A stretch of 64,000 nucleotides of DNA, from the NCBI RefSeq assembly GCF_004010195.1, contig NC_057739.1, positions 44,535,734 to 44,599,733 of the forward strand, in the 5' to 3' direction. The translations under genes and the position numbers were made by a program. Shown piece after piece: positions 1 through 13,053 of the stretch (the first letter of the stretch is position 1; each line of letters begins with the position of its first letter). Source of the DNA: Chiloscyllium plagiosum (Eukaryota). A model generated the notes under the pieces. It was given only the letters and a program-made list of their open reading frames with translations. It was not told where the DNA came from and did no database searches.

Positions 1-457
1 GGCACTGAGGGAGACGGGCAGAGGATGGGAGATGAGTTGGTACTGAGGGAGATGGGCAGAGGATGGGAGATGAGTGGCACTGAGGGAGACGGGCAGAGGA
101 TGGGAGATGAGTTGGTACTGAGGGAGATGGGAGAGGATGGGAGATGAGTGGGCACTGAGGGAGACGGGCAGAGGATGGGAGATGAGTTGGTACTGAGGGA
201 GATGGGCAGAGGATGGGAGATGAGTGGCACTGAGGGAGACGGGCAAAGGATGGGAGATGAGTGGGCACTGAGGGAGACGGGCAAAGGATGGGAGATGAGT
301 GGCACTGAGGGAGACGGGCAGAGGATGGGAGGTGAGTGGGCACTGAGGGAGACGGGCAGAGGATGGGAGATGAGTGGGCACTGAGGGAGACGGGCAGAGG
401 ATGGGAGATGAGTGGCACTGAGGGAGACGGGCAGAGGATGGGAGATGAGTGGCACTG
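1..457. repeat. G-rich minisatellite, 37-38 bp unit (GGCACTGAGGGAGACGGGCAGAGGATGGGAGATGAGT[G/T]), about 12 copies, running off the window start; in TBC1D13 intron 1
   Basis: Unit read directly; second copy starts at 39. Confidence 0.95.
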
Positions 458-792
458 GGAGAGACAACCTGGCAGGCGGAAAGTAGGAGATAGAGAGTAG
501 AGTTCTGATGTCGGGGTCAGAAGGTGAATTTGGGAGTTAGTCGGACATGGAAAACTTTGCCAGCAATCTTGTGTGATTTGGAAGATTCCTCCACTGTGAG
601 TTAAGCAGCTGTTTCAGATGTTGAACTTTATCCTTTTGTGCTCGTTTTTCATGAGCTAGATGCAAAGTACTGTCTGTCCATTGAGAATATGTTTTTAATC
701 AGCTGAGTGGTTTTGGTCTTAAACTCCATGTGAATCACAGTGCAGACAGTACTAAATAGAGCTTTCTTATAGAATGTAGTCTTTTGTTGCAG

Positions 793-866
793 GATTGCAG
801 AGTTCAGAGTTGCTCTGACTGAACCAAAGATCAGCCTCCCCAAACTACAGGAACTTTGCTTCAATG
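793..866 (+). CDS. TBC1D13: TBC1D13 coding exon 2 (IAEFRVALTEPKISLPKLQELCFNG)
   Basis: ttgcag acceptor, gtaagg donor; resembles human IADFQDVLKEPSIALEKLRELSFSG; phase fits next exon. Confidence 0.9.
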
Positions 867-2173
867 GTAAGGAGAACCTTCCCTTGTTCTGATATCAGAT
901 TTTGTAAAGTGGGTAGCAAGTTCCACAAACACATGTGTATCATGTTCCTGCTGCAGACATGGGACCAACAGTTACGAATTGGTATGCATTTTGAAATTGA
1001 ACTCCTTTCAATTCCTGACATTTCTGATGCTGTAAGGGGTTGAGTCATGTTGAATCGTGAAAAATCTCAATGACTGTTAGAGTGTAGCAGGAGGCCGTTC
1101 AGCACATCACTGACTGCACCAGCTCCCTGCTTGAGCATTTCATTTGGTTCCTTTCTCCTGCCTTCTTGCTGTAACTCTTGCATTTCTTATATTTTAAATA
1201 AAACACCTTACTCCCTTTTGAAAACTTCTACCACATTCTGCAGTGCATTCTAGACTTACTGTGTGAGGATGCAAACATAAAGCTCCCCAACTCCCTCGCT
1301 ACTGGTCATCCATTTACAATATGTGTACATTTTTTTCTGTCTTGGAGGGAAATTAATCTCTGGCATACTTCCTGAAAAGATGGCTAAAGCAGAGTCCTTG
1401 AATTAAGGCAGAGGTAGTTAGATTCTTATTAAGTGAAGGGTGGGAAAGTTATTAGAGGTCACATGAACATGAATTTGATGTTGCGATCAGCTTAGTATGA
1501 CCTTATAAAATGCCTGAGCAGGCTTGGGAGGCTGAATGACGTACTCCTCCTTATCTATGTGTTCATATGACCTTGTCTGATCTTCCTGTAATTAGATAGC
1601 AATAAAAATAACTTTTATTGGAAACTACTGTCTCTAACAGTCGATCAAGTGCACAATGGATTAGACATCACCTGAAAGAAATTGGGATCTTAACAGGAAT
1701 GTTTTATCTCTTGTGTAATTTTTAATGTGTTTTGTTTTATGTTTCGCATTGCAATTTGATCCCCACTCAAGATTAAAGGTGTTATGTGTCTGCCTGAGAA
1801 TTGTCATATTGGAAGGTCTGTAATTTCTGGAATGTAGAGGACATGGGAGGGTGTATGATCTGTAACAAACCCATTGTGTATACAGACAATTCATCAGGCT
1901 GAATATCAAGGCAAATGCCATGGTGTGATCATGGAATAAAAGTAGCAATTATTTTTGTGGTTCATAAATATACGCCTTGCAAGTCTGATACTCGGAGTGC
2001 TGAAGAAGAGTCATGTCAGACTCAAAATATTAACTCTGTTTTTGTCTCTATCTCTGTCTCTCTCCTTTCATTTTCTGTCGCTCTCTCCTTTCTTCTTTCT
2101 CTGTCTCTGTCTCTGTCTCTCTCTCACTTCACAGTATTTTGCTTTTATCTGATATTCTCATTTCTACCCACAG

Positions 2174-2214
2174 GGATCCCATTTGAAGGGGGACTGCGTT
2201 CACTTTGTTGGAAG
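2174..2214 (+). CDS. TBC1D13: TBC1D13 exon 3 (GIPFEGGLRSLCWK)
   Basis: cacag acceptor, gtgggt donor; matches human GIPCEGGLRCLCWK. Confidence 0.93.
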
Positions 2215-3229
2215 GTGGGTTTTCATATGAGTTGCCAACTCTGGGCATTGCCCTGGAAGCTTCATCATATGATCCGACATTGAATAGATCAAATTCTTTT
2301 GATTTCTTGATATTTTTGTAACTGTATAGGCTGGAGGCTTCAAATTAAATAAATAAATAAAACATTTAGTGATTTCTCTGCCAAATATTATTCACAACAG
2401 TTTCTGAGAGATTAATCCTTCACTGGAGGCTCCAGGACAATCCCGGAGGGTTGACAGCTTGAGACTAAATTGAGTTCCCTGCTGTAATACCATTACTGAG
2501 TTCTGAGTGTGGAAAAGCTGTATCAGCAAGAACGGAACTGTGTATAACCCGTTTCTCAGGAATTTGACATGTTTTGGCAGCGTTCTGAGCTGTAGAGAGT
2601 CTTGCCAGTTTACCTGGGTCAGACACCTGTGATGTGAAACCAGGTGACTATCTTGAAGTAATGTTTTATACAACCCCTTTCTAAAATACATGGTACATTT
2701 TAAATTGTTTTCTTTTTATTCATTCATGAGATGAGACCACCGCCAGCAAGGCCAACATTTATCGTCCGTTCCCCCAGAGGGCAATTATATGGGGAATAGG
2801 GACCTAGGCATTTAAAGAAACACATTTCGTGGCTGTAGAAGTTAAGAAGATTGTTTTTTAAAAAAAAAAGGCAGGTATGATCCTTTTCACTTGAGAGTCG
2901 AGACAAAGTGTACCAAAACAAAGAAATGATTTTCAATCGTTTGTAGGTCACTGGCTAGGTCTTGGCTCTGTGTGGTTGAGGGGACCTGAAGCAGAGTCAT
3001 GAGTTGTGAGGGAGACATGGCAGCTGTGGAGCTCTGACCTGCTCTGTCTGTGTTCCCAGGCTAACAAACGAGCCTTCCCTCTCCCAGTTCCTCTTCTGCT
3101 TCTCCCCCGGCCCCACCAACCCATTCCAGAGGAAACTAAATGCATCCTCTGCTCATTTGGAGCTATTGCAAAGCTGGGCTGGAGGGTGAGCTGTGAACCG
3201 AATGCAGAGATGCTTTGGTGTGCTTCGTG

Positions 3230-3575
3230 GAATCATTGAATCCCTACAGTGTGGAAACAGGCCTTTCAGCCCAACAATCCACACTGACCAACCGAAGAGT
3301 AACCCACTCAGACCCATTCTCCTAACCTATTACTCTACATTTACCCCTGAAGAATGCACTTCACCTACATATCCCTGAACACAATGGGCAATTTAGCTTG
3401 GCCAACCCACCTAAACTACACATCTTTGGACTTTGGAAGGAAACAGGAACACCCGGTCAAAACCTATGCAGACACGAGGAGAATGTACAAACTCCACACA
3501 GCCCGAGACTGGAATTGAACCCAGGTCCCTGGCACTGTGAGGCAGCAGTGCTAACCACTGAGCCACTCTGCCACT
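3230..3575 (-). mobile_element. HE1-like tRNA-derived V-SINE
   Basis: Minus strand shows A box (GGCTCAGTGGTTAGCAC), B box (GGGTTCAATTCC), V-domain (TGTGTGGAGTTTG...GTCCAAAGATG) and CR1-type tail. Confidence 0.85.
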
Positions 3576-3577
3576 CC

Positions 3578-4420
3578 AGATTTAGACAAGATGAGTGTGT
3601 GGGCAGATGCATGGGAGATGCAGTTTAATGTGGATAAATGAGTAGTGTAAACAAAAGGAAGATTATCATCTTGCTATCAATAGAGAGAGAGAGAAATGCC
3701 CAATGAGACCTGGGTTCCTTGTGCACCAGTCACTGAAGTTAAGCATGCAGGCAGTGAAGAAGGCAAATGGTATATTGGCCTTCATAGCAAAAGGATTTGA
3801 GTGCAGGAGCAGGGACATCTTGCTGCAATTTTCAGGGCCTTGGTGAGGCCGCACCTGGGATTATTGTGGTTGTTTACCTGAGGAAGGATGTTCTTCTATA
3901 GATCGAGTACATTGAAGGTTTACCAGCCTGATTCCTGGGATGGATGTGCTGACATGAGGAGAAGTTGAATTGGGTAAGATTATAGAGCATAGAAGCAGAC
4001 ATTTTGGTCCAACTAATCCAAGCCAACTATAAACCCAAACTAAACTGGCTAAGGGTTCAGAAGAAATGAGGGCTACAGAAGTTAGATCATACCATAGAAG
4101 TGCATCAGGGTAACAGACCAGAATGCAAGATACAATGCAACAGCTGCCAAGAAGGTGCAGAGAGAAATCAACATTAAAGAGGTTGGTTCAAAAGTCTGAT
4201 AATAGCTGAGAAGAAACTGTTCTTGAATCTTGGAAAAAGGTGAATTGCAAAGGTCTTTTCCCAAAGGTGGGGATTTTAAAACTAGAGGGCATATCTTTAA
4301 GGTGAGAGGAGAAAGATTTAGAAAGGACATGAAGAGCAACTTTTTTTTAAAAAGAGTGGTTTGTGTGTGGGATGAACTGCAGAGGCAATGGTGGATGCAG
4401 GTAAAATTACAACATTTGGA
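3578..4420 (+). mobile_element. Degenerate CR1 ORF2 fragments with a short inserted piece (~4085-4230) resembling the Rex1-like 3' region at 22290
   Basis: TRGHIFKVRGERFRKD motif; decayed RT C-terminal sequence; boundaries approximate. Confidence 0.65.
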
Positions 4421-4422
4421 TG

Positions 4423-5575
4423 TTTGACAAGGTTCCCCACGGGAGACTGGTTAGCAAGGTTAGATCTCATGGAATACAGGGAGAACAAGGTAGAAGACAG
4501 AGGGTGGTGGTGGAGGGTTGTTTTCAGACTGGAGGCCTGTGACCAGTGAAGGATTGGCACTGGGTCCACTACTTTTCATCGTTTATATAAATGATTTTGT
4601 TGTGAACATAGGAGATATAGTTAGTAAGTTTGCAGTTGACACCAAAATTGGAGGTGTAGTGGACAGCGAAGAAAGTTACCTCTAATTACAATGAGATCTT
4701 GATCAGATGGGCCAATGGGCTGAGGAGTGGCAGATGGAGTTTAATTTGGATAAGTATGAGGTGTTGTGTTTTGGAAAAGCAAATATTAGCAAGACTTCTA
4801 CACTTAATGGTAAGGTCCTATGGAGTGTTGCTGAACAAAGAGACCTTGGAGTGCAGGTACATAACTCCTTGAAAGTAGAGTTGCAGGTGGATAGGATAGT
4901 AAAGAAGGCATTTGGTATGCTTTCCTTTATTGGTCAGAGTATTGAGTTTTGGTATGCTTTCCTTTATTGGTCAGAGTATTGAGTACAGGAGTTGGGAGAT
5001 CATATTGCGGTTGAACAGGACATTGGTTAGGCCACTGTTGGAATATTGCATGCAATTCTGGTCTCCTTCCTATTGGAAGATGTTGTGAAACTTGAAAGGG
5101 TTCAGAAAAGATTTACAAGAACGTTGCCAGTGTTGGAGGATTTGAGCTATAGGGAGAGGCTGAACAGGCTGGAGTTTTCCCTGGAGTGTCGGAGGCTGAG
5201 GTGTGACCTTATAGAGGTTTACAAAATCATGAGGGGCATGGATAGGGTAAATAGACATGGTGTTTTTTGCCTGGCGTGGAGGAATCCAGAACTAGAGGGC
5301 ATAGATTTAAGGTGAGAGGGGAAAGATATAAAAGAGACCTAAGGGGCAACGTTTTCACACAGAGGGTGGTGCATATATGGAATGAGCTGCCAGAGGAAGT
5401 GGTGGAGGCTAGTAAAATTGTAACATTTAAAAGGCATCTGGATGAGTATATGAATAGTTTGGGTTTGGAGGGATATGGACTAAGCTCAGGCGAGGGGGAC
5501 CAGTTTAGTTTGGGATTACAGTTGGTGTGGATTGGTTGGACGGAAAAGCCTGCTTCCATGCTGTATGACTCTATA
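4423..5575 (+). mobile_element. 5'-truncated CR1/HER1-like LINE (RT C-terminal half plus 3' UTR), disrupted
   Basis: FDKVPH, SKFAVDTK, WAEEWQMEFN, TRGHRFK motifs; tail tatgactctata. Confidence 0.92.
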
Positions 5576-6087
5576 AACCTATAAACTTCTAACATGACTG
5601 GACAGGGTAGATGAATCTTCCTGATGGTGGTGGAGTCCACACCTGGATCACAGTGTAAATAATGGGGTAAGTCATTTAGGACAGATGAGAAATTTCTTCA
5701 CCCAGAGGGTGGTGAGCCTGTGGACCACAGAAAGCAATTGAGGCCAAGATGTCTGACCTCGAGGAGGAGTTGGATATAGCATTTGAGACTAAAGAGATCA
5801 AAGGATATAATTGGAGAGCAACAGCAGATAATCAATGATAAAAGTTACAAGGATACCAGAGTTTCGGGTCTACAGCTGTAATGTAAAACTGAACAGCATG
5901 GTGATTACTCTACTAAAGAGAAAGCTGAGGGGCAGTGTGGGAGAGACTTTTAATTATGAAGGGAGTTGATAGGATTAAAAGATATTTCCACTTTTGGGAA
6001 AAATTAAAACATGGATCATTGATATGAGATGGTTGGGAATCAATCCAGTAGGAAGTATCTTTACCTAGGCAGTAGTGAGAATGTGGA

Positions 6088-6209
6088 GGAGAAAGTGAGG
6101 TCTGCAGATGCTGGAGATCAAAGTTGAAACTTTATTGCTGGAACAGCACAGCAGGTCAGGCAGCATCCAGGGAACAGGAGGTTCGACGTTTCGGGCACAG
6201 GCCCTTCTG
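6088..6209 (-). mobile_element. Penelope-like 3'-terminal fragment (family A), hammerhead core truncated
   Basis: Matches 36490-36615; TSD gaatgtgga at 6079-6087 and 6210-6218. Confidence 0.75.
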
Positions 6210-6454
6210 GAATGTGGACCTTGCTACCAAAGGAAGTAGTTAAGTGAACGCTGTAAACGTATTGAAGGGTGTGCAGCATAAATGTGGATGAAAGGATGAG
6301 ATGAAGAAGATTGGGATGTGGCTGGTGTGGGATGTAAACACTCCATGGGATGGTTAGGCCTGATGATTTGTTGACAGTGCATTAGGCAGTAATGAGTCAT
6401 TGCTTTGCTCTGTTTCAACTTTTTTAAAATCCACGGTTTCTTGTCTTCTCCCAG

Positions 6455-6516
6455 ATCCTTCTCAATTACCTTCCTGTTGAACAGGCCCAGTGGAGCTCTT
6501 TCCTGAAGAAGCAGAG
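6455..6516 (+). CDS. TBC1D13: TBC1D13 exon 4 (ILLNYLPVEQAQWSSFLKKQR)
   Basis: cccag acceptor, gtaagg donor; matches human ILLNYLPLERASW. Confidence 0.95.
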
Positions 6517-7428
6517 GTAAGGAACCAAATCTGTCAGTGTCTGTGAGTGACTTCATTGTTTGGGCCAACCGTATGATTTGGTGATGGGGACACGGGGAGA
6601 TTAACAGCCTAAAGGCTGAACTTTTCAGAGGTTTCGTTCTGTCGTGTAAGGGCGACGAAGAGTGCAAGAAACTTAAACCCTCTTCCAAAAGCCACATGCA
6701 ACTCTGCACCCACTTTCATCATCTCCACCCCAACTGTTATTAGACTTTCCGCAACACATGACCCAAATGGGTTGGTGTCCACACTAGGATTTTTTTTAAA
6801 CATCTTGTTATGACACACCTCTGGAATTGGTGAGAAATGAACCCAGCCTTCTGGTTCAGTGGTAGGGCTGCTACCACTGCACCACAAGACCCCCAAATAT
6901 TATTAGAGATTTTCACTTTATTCCCAATGTATATCAGTGTCAGTGTACTAGTCTCCATAGTTCCCTATAAGTCCAACACTGTCTCACAGTGAAGCAGATT
7001 ACTTTTTGAGGAGTCTGCTTGCATGTACTATAAGAATATAAAATATTGGTTCCTAATTATTCATCATCTAGTAAAAAGGTCGTTTGAGCTTTTGTCTGCC
7101 AATTCCTAGATATTTGCAATGAGCCTTTGACTAATTGAGCAAGATTTATTAAATAGACTGATTGGGTTGTGAGACCTCCTTCCATGTTGTAGGTATGGCG
7201 GGTAGAACACAGTATTAAAGTGCAAATTCTGACCTATATTACAATTTTCTCTATGTACCTTCTCCACAGAATGAAGCAGGATGGGAGGCAGAGTGGCCAT
7301 TGGGTTTTTTTTTGTTGGTGTCAGGACTCTCTAGGAAGTGTGTTCTGTCAGAGCTCCTAGACTTTGGACCTGCCTGGGCTTGACATTCCTGGGCTTAATT
7401 TGACCCCAAGTGGTTTATTTCCTTGCAG

Positions 7429-7528
7429 GGAGATATACGCACAATTCTTGAAGGAGATGATTATTCAGCCTGGAATTGCCAAAGCAAATCTGGGCTTTAT
7501 CCGAGAGGATGTCACGCTAGAAGATCAT
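7429..7528 (+). CDS. TBC1D13: TBC1D13 exon 5 (EIYAQFLKEMIIQPGIAKANLGFIREDVTLEDH)
   Basis: tgcag acceptor, gtgagt donor; near-identical to human. Confidence 0.96.
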
Positions 7529-8344
7529 GTGAGTTTCCTTCCTCCTTTCTGTCTCTCAATTTCAGTAGCGACAAGCTTTAGACATATTGGCTGAAAGTGC
7601 TGAACCTGTTGTGTTAGTTTCAGTTGGATTGCCAGGATTACTTAAAATTCCGGCCGAACATCCATCCCACATTTCGTAAATTTATCTTCCCCATTCCTTC
7701 CTTTCCACATTCAGGCCCAGTAACAGGGTGGATAGCGACATGTACTTATTGCTCAAAGTGTGATCCCACCAGCAGTGGTGATTTAATACACTGGATGACA
7801 TTCCTGAATAAATCCATCTTTTTAAAGTGCCTTTCACAGTGGTTAAAACAAAAGCAAGATCCTGGAAATCTGACACAAAACCAGCCAGCTCTGGGATGGA
7901 CTCAGCAGCATCTGTAGAAGAAGCCAGTATTTTAAGGTTCCAGGGCTTAGACCTTTTAACGACAAAGGCCTTGCCAATCATCAAGCACCTTCTTTTTTAA
8001 TCCCATTCTCCAGCACGTGGCCTGTAGCCTTGTATGCTCGTTTAAATATTGTGATGATTCCTGCTCTAAAATCCTTTCAGACAGAGTTTCAGATACCCAC
8101 ATCCATCTGGTTGAACGCATTCTTTCTTAATCTCCTCTAAAACTCCCTTTACCTAAAACTATGCATTTTGCTTATTGATCTCTCTCCTAAGATGAAAGGT
8201 TTGTGTCAACTATCCAACCTGTGCCCTTCAAACTTTGAACACCACAGTCAGCACCACCTTCACCCTGCCCTTCTGCTGTAAGGATAAGAGCCCCAGCCAA
8301 CCTGGCTATACTGAATTACCCCAGTCTGGGCAACATCCTGGTAA

Positions 8345-8875
8345 ATGAGGAGGCACTGGCCTAGTAGTATTGTTGCTGGACTATTAATCCAGAGATCCAG
8401 ATAATGTTCTGGGTACCCTGGTGTAAGCTGTCCTTACAAGTCTGACCTACATGTGACTCTGGACCCACAGAATTGGGATGACTTTTGGGCAATTAGGGAT
8501 GGGCAATAAATGCGGCCTAGTCAGTGACGTCTTCATCCCATGAATGATTAATTTTTAAAAATCCTCTGCAGCCTCTCAAGTGCAAAATCTCCTCTGTACT
8601 CTATCTAGCATGATCTTTGCTTGGAGCTCAATAAATATCTGGAATTAAGAGTTTAATGATACCATGAAACCCTTGTGAATTGTTGTTTTAAAAAAAACCA
8701 TCTAGTTCACTAATGTCTCTTAGGAAAGGAAGCTGTTGTCCTTATCTGGTCTGACTCCAGACCCACAGCAACGTGGCTGACTCTCAACTGCCCTCTGGGC
8801 AATTAGGGATAGGCAATAAATGCTGGGCCTAGCCAGTGATTCCACGTTCTGCAAGTGAATTTTAAAAAGAAAAAC
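8345..8875 (+). mobile_element. Two partial copies of a tRNA-type SINE with tail GGGCAATTAGGGATGGGCAATAAATGC (family unassigned)
   Basis: Tail repeated at 8487-8545 and 8797-8860; related copies on - strand at 12100-12410 and 58205-58650. Confidence 0.7.
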
Positions 8876-9556
8876 TGAAAAATATCAGATATTTAGTATA
8901 CACAACCAGGGGAAAATGAGTCTTCAGGATACAAGGGAGGGAAAAGACCTGTGATGGGTGGAGGGCAGGTGATCGAAAGTAAGAAGGGAAGCAGAAAGTA
9001 ATAAATGTGAATAATATGTCACTAAAACTTTATTGTGCAATCATCCTAACTCCAGTCCTAAATCCTGTTCACTCTCTGACCACCACTGACGTTCAGTCTA
9101 ATGATAATTCAATAACTGAGGTTGTATTTTTGTTTTTAAAGGTTTACATGGCCTTGGTGCACGTCCAGCAGCATCTGAGTTCTCTGCACTGAAATATCAG
9201 CGTCTTCTGGCTGTTTGTGTATTTATGCATTTGTTTTTTATTCTTTTGAGACATGTCACTGGCAAAGTCGGTGATCTGTTGCTCTTCAGTAATTAGCCTT
9301 TAACTGAGGGGATTGCTTGGCCATTTCAGAGGATGTGTGTATCAGTCCCTTTGCTGCAGGTCTGGAGGGGCGGGTAAGGTTGATTCCCTAAAGGACATTA
9401 GTGAACCAAGTGAGCTTTTGGTAATGGAGACAATCAAACAGAGACTGGCTTTTAATTCCAGATTTATTGGTTAATCATATTTAAATATCACCAGTTGCTG
9501 TGGTGGATTTGAGCCCAAGTCCCCATAGCATTAGCCTTTCCCACTTCTCCTTAAAA

Positions 9557-9704
9557 GTCAGAAGTCACACGCCACCACGTTATAGTCCCAACAGGTTTAT
9601 TTGAGTAGCGCTCCAAAAGCTTGTGATTTCAGAGAAACCAGTTGGACTATGATGGTGGTGTGACTTCGGACTTTGTCCATCCCAGTCTAACACCACCACA
9701 TCAT
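9557..9704. mobile_element. Family C inverted-repeat element (Penelope-like terminal repeats)
   Basis: Arms TTATAGTCCCAAC / GTTGGACTAT; 14 bp TSD acttctccttaaaa at 9543-9556 and 9705-9718. Confidence 0.75.
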
Positions 9705-10165
9705 ACTTCTCCTTAAAACCTAGCTTTCTGACCAAATTCTCTTCAGTCACCGTTCTAATACAATACTTCCTTATGTGTCTGTCATGGTTTGCTTGAAGTT
9801 GCTCTGTCAAAGCACTCTAAACACTATAAAATGCCCCAAGGTGCCTGGCAAATGCAGGTTGTTATTATTTTGGGTGGATTATTAATCATAGGGACAGGAG
9901 GAGGCCATTTAACCCTTCAAGTCTTGACTGTAATCAGTGACATCATAGCTGATCTGTGTCTTAACGTCATGTACCCATATTCCTTAATATTTTTTGTTAA
10001 TAAAAATATATCAATCTTTGTTTTAAAATTAGTAATTGATCTAGCTCGATTGAGTAGTGGAAATTGCTTCTATGAGAATGGTGATTAATTTCTGGCAAAG
10101 GTTCCCTTGTACCCTTTCCACTGTGTATTTCCTTTGCAATGTAAACTCTGCTTTTCCCCGAATAG

Positions 10166-10248
10166 CCATTGAATCCAAACCCTGACAGTCGATGGAACAC
10201 GTACTTCAAGGACAACGAGGTTCTCCTGCAGGTGGATAAAGACGTCCG
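10166..10248 (+). CDS. TBC1D13: TBC1D13 exon 6 (PLNPNPDSRWNTYFKDNEVLLQVDKDVR)
   Basis: aatag acceptor, gtaagc donor; IxxDxxR-type TBC arginine-finger motif. Confidence 0.96.
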
Positions 10249-12099
10249 GTAAGCAGAATGACGTGACAAAAGCAAATAATTACGTAACATCTTTCATGTG
10301 CATGGGACATCCTCCAAAGCATCTTCGCAGCTGTTAAGTCACTTTAGCGTTTGTGTGTTTGTTGGTATAACTTTGTAGTCCGTTTGTGTAGAGCAAGGTC
10401 ACTCATTTAACAATTGTTGTGGAATGTGGGATGAGGATGGAGCCTGTTCCACAATAGTTTATATCCTGGCTTCTCTGTGCCTCCACTGTGTCTGAACCGC
10501 TGCTGCCTAATCCTTCTGACCTTTACCAGTGAAACAAAGTATGATGATTCCAGCTGATGTTACTACTGGACAAATTGGTTTCCAGAATAAAGTTTGGCTT
10601 GATATATCATATTTTGGATTTTTAAAAAGTTAACATTGGCTTTTTCCTGAAACATAAGCAGATGAGGCTGCAGATTTTTAACAATAAAATAGAAGTTGAT
10701 TACACAAAAGAAGAAATAAAATAAACCGGACAAAGGTATCTAAATACAGTATCATTTGAAAGATTTCAAAATACAGGCAAAACAATATCTCCTCTGCTCC
10801 GAGCACCTTACATTTGATCAAAATGAGAAATTTGTGTTTCCTGTCTTCCAGTATATAACCTGATGGAATGGTTTCCTGTGAGCTGAAAAACCTATTCTTT
10901 GAATTTTATTTGAAATTTGAACAAAGAAGTTAGCCCTTAGACTTTCTCAGCTTGAATAACCAATGCAAGTTTCAAACGAACACTCCTGATCTGAAGATTT
11001 TCCAAACTGCTCTTTTTCATGGAGGTAACTTACCTTCGTAACTGCTCTGAACAATCCCTTTTCTCTTTCTAGTAGAGATTATACTTGCATCTGACCTCAG
11101 TCAGGTCCCTTTTGAACTGAACCCAAAGGTTTTTGAACTAAATTTATTTTTTTTTTAAAACTTGCTAATCCTAGATTTTGCTAAAGTTAATGGTCTAAAG
11201 CTTATTCTCTTGTGTTGTAAAACACGGTGGTATCAGCAAACATTCATTAACGCTCCAGAGTTTAGCTCTCAAGTGTTATCTAATACATACTAGTTTAAAA
11301 CGTCATGGTTTGAAATGACTGACCTAATTAATATTTAAATCTCTTCACAAATGTAAACCAGCACCCATATGCCACTGGTTTGAAATCCAAAATTTTAAAG
11401 ATTTTATTTTTATCTGTACATGTATAGATCTCTCACCATTAATCACAATATTAACTTCCATCTTGATGGCTGCAATTGTCTCCCAGTATTCACAACTTTT
11501 TGCAGAAGAGAATTTCGCATTTTTTTAAATGTGAGAAAGTTTGCTTTCCAATTTTCCTTCTAAATGATTAAGCTCTAATTTAAAACTCCCTTCATTCTTG
11601 ATTTCTCACCACACACCCCCAATATGTACCTGCATGCACCCACCCCACCCGAACCAGAGCAAATCACTTCTCTATATTGACCCTGTTGGATCCTTCAAAC
11701 ATTATAACTATCTTTTTCTGTTATTGGGATGTGGGCATTGACTTCTCCAACATTTGAGATAAGGGCCTGGGAAAGAGTGAAGCATTTGCTTGTAAGATTT
11801 GTCCTTGTTTTAGTTATTCATTATCTGGATGTGGGTGGCATTATCAATGCTGATATTTCCTGGTTTACCCAGGAAAGTGATGGAAATGCACCTTGAGCCA
11901 TTGCAGGCTGTGGTAACTTGCCAAAGGAGGGGTTGTGATATCTTGAGTTACAGAATTGTACAATGCAGAAGGAGGTGATTGGACTCCATACTTAGGCTAA
12001 CCAGTTCAGTTCCTCTGTACTTGCTACAGAGTCGATGATTTTTTCCTGTCATGTCCTGCATGTACATTTCTTATGTATTCATAATTCATTATTGCTCCT

Positions 12100-12410
12100 T
12101 ACTTCATGGGATCTGGGCATCACCTGACTAGACCAACATTTATTGCCCATCCCTAATCTCCTAGACGGAAGCTGTACTGGGTCTGGAGTTGCATGTAGGT
12201 CAGACTGGGTAAGGATGGCAGATTTACATCCCTGAATTTGTTAACCAGGCTGGGTTTTTGACTGTGGTTACATGGTCACTGTTAGGCTGGGTTTTTATTG
12301 AATTCAGATTTCACAATTTACCCGTGACGGGATCCAAACCTGTGTCCCCAGAACTTTAGCCTGAGTTCTCCAATTATTAGTCCAGTGACGTTGCCATTAC
12401 GCCACTGCTC
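12100..12410 (-). mobile_element. tRNA-type SINE, same family as 8345-8875
   Basis: Reverse complement of the same head and tail (atttattgcccatccctaat). Confidence 0.7.
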
Positions 12411-12747
12411 CCCATTCACACTGCCAATACTAGACCCGGAGCCATCAGTACCTCACCCAAGTGTTACCTCGCCAGTTTTGGATGGTTGGAAGCATATGCT
12501 CCCCGACGCATGGGAACAGAGTCTGTAAAATTCAATCTGTTTGTCATTTGATATTAAGGAAATTACATTGAAGAGCTGCAAGTCTTGAAATAGCTGGATT
12601 TTATTGAAATGCCAGTGACAACTCCAAATAACCTCCTTATTCTGATAAACCTTGAGTTTTGCTTGGAGGAAAGGGAGGATAGTGAAAATAAATAGGGGGT
12701 AAAATTGAAAATTTCTATCTCTCATAACTGCCCTCTTGTCTATTGTC

Positions 12748-12966
12748 GACAGGCAGGGGGCTGAAAGAACACCGTTAAGCCAGACAGCATCAGGAGGTGG
12801 ACAAGTCGACGTTTTGGGTGTAACCCTTCTTCAGGACTCCACCCCCAGTCCTGAAGAAGGGTTGCACCCGAAAAGTCGACTTCACCCTGATGCTGCCTGG
12901 CTTGCTGTGTTCTTCCAGCCTCCTGCCTGTCTACTTTGATTCCAGCATCTGCAGTGTTTTTGTTTC
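12748..12966. mobile_element. Inverted-repeat element with a hammerhead core in each arm (family A variant)
   Basis: Arms ~12748-12840 and ~12846-12931; core agtc-CTGAAGA-A-GGGT-tgc-ACCC-GAAA-ag-TC-gact at 12847-12881; imperfect TSD tgtct(a/g)ttgtc. Confidence 0.8.
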
Positions 12967-13053
12967 CTGTCTGTTGTCCCTGCATTGTGCTCCAATTTGT
13001 ACATGGTTAGCTGTACCCTTACCTGCAACCCTAACTTGTTTTCTCTCTCCTAG

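Noticed and set aside
148-384. 78 aa repetitive ORF; superficially CRISPR-like array
   Set aside because: It is a translation of the minisatellite; there are no unique spacers and no cas genes, and the context is a eukaryotic intron
6224-6709. 161 aa antisense ORF across TBC1D13 exon 4
   Set aside because: No recognisable domain; partly over decayed repeat; consistent with chance
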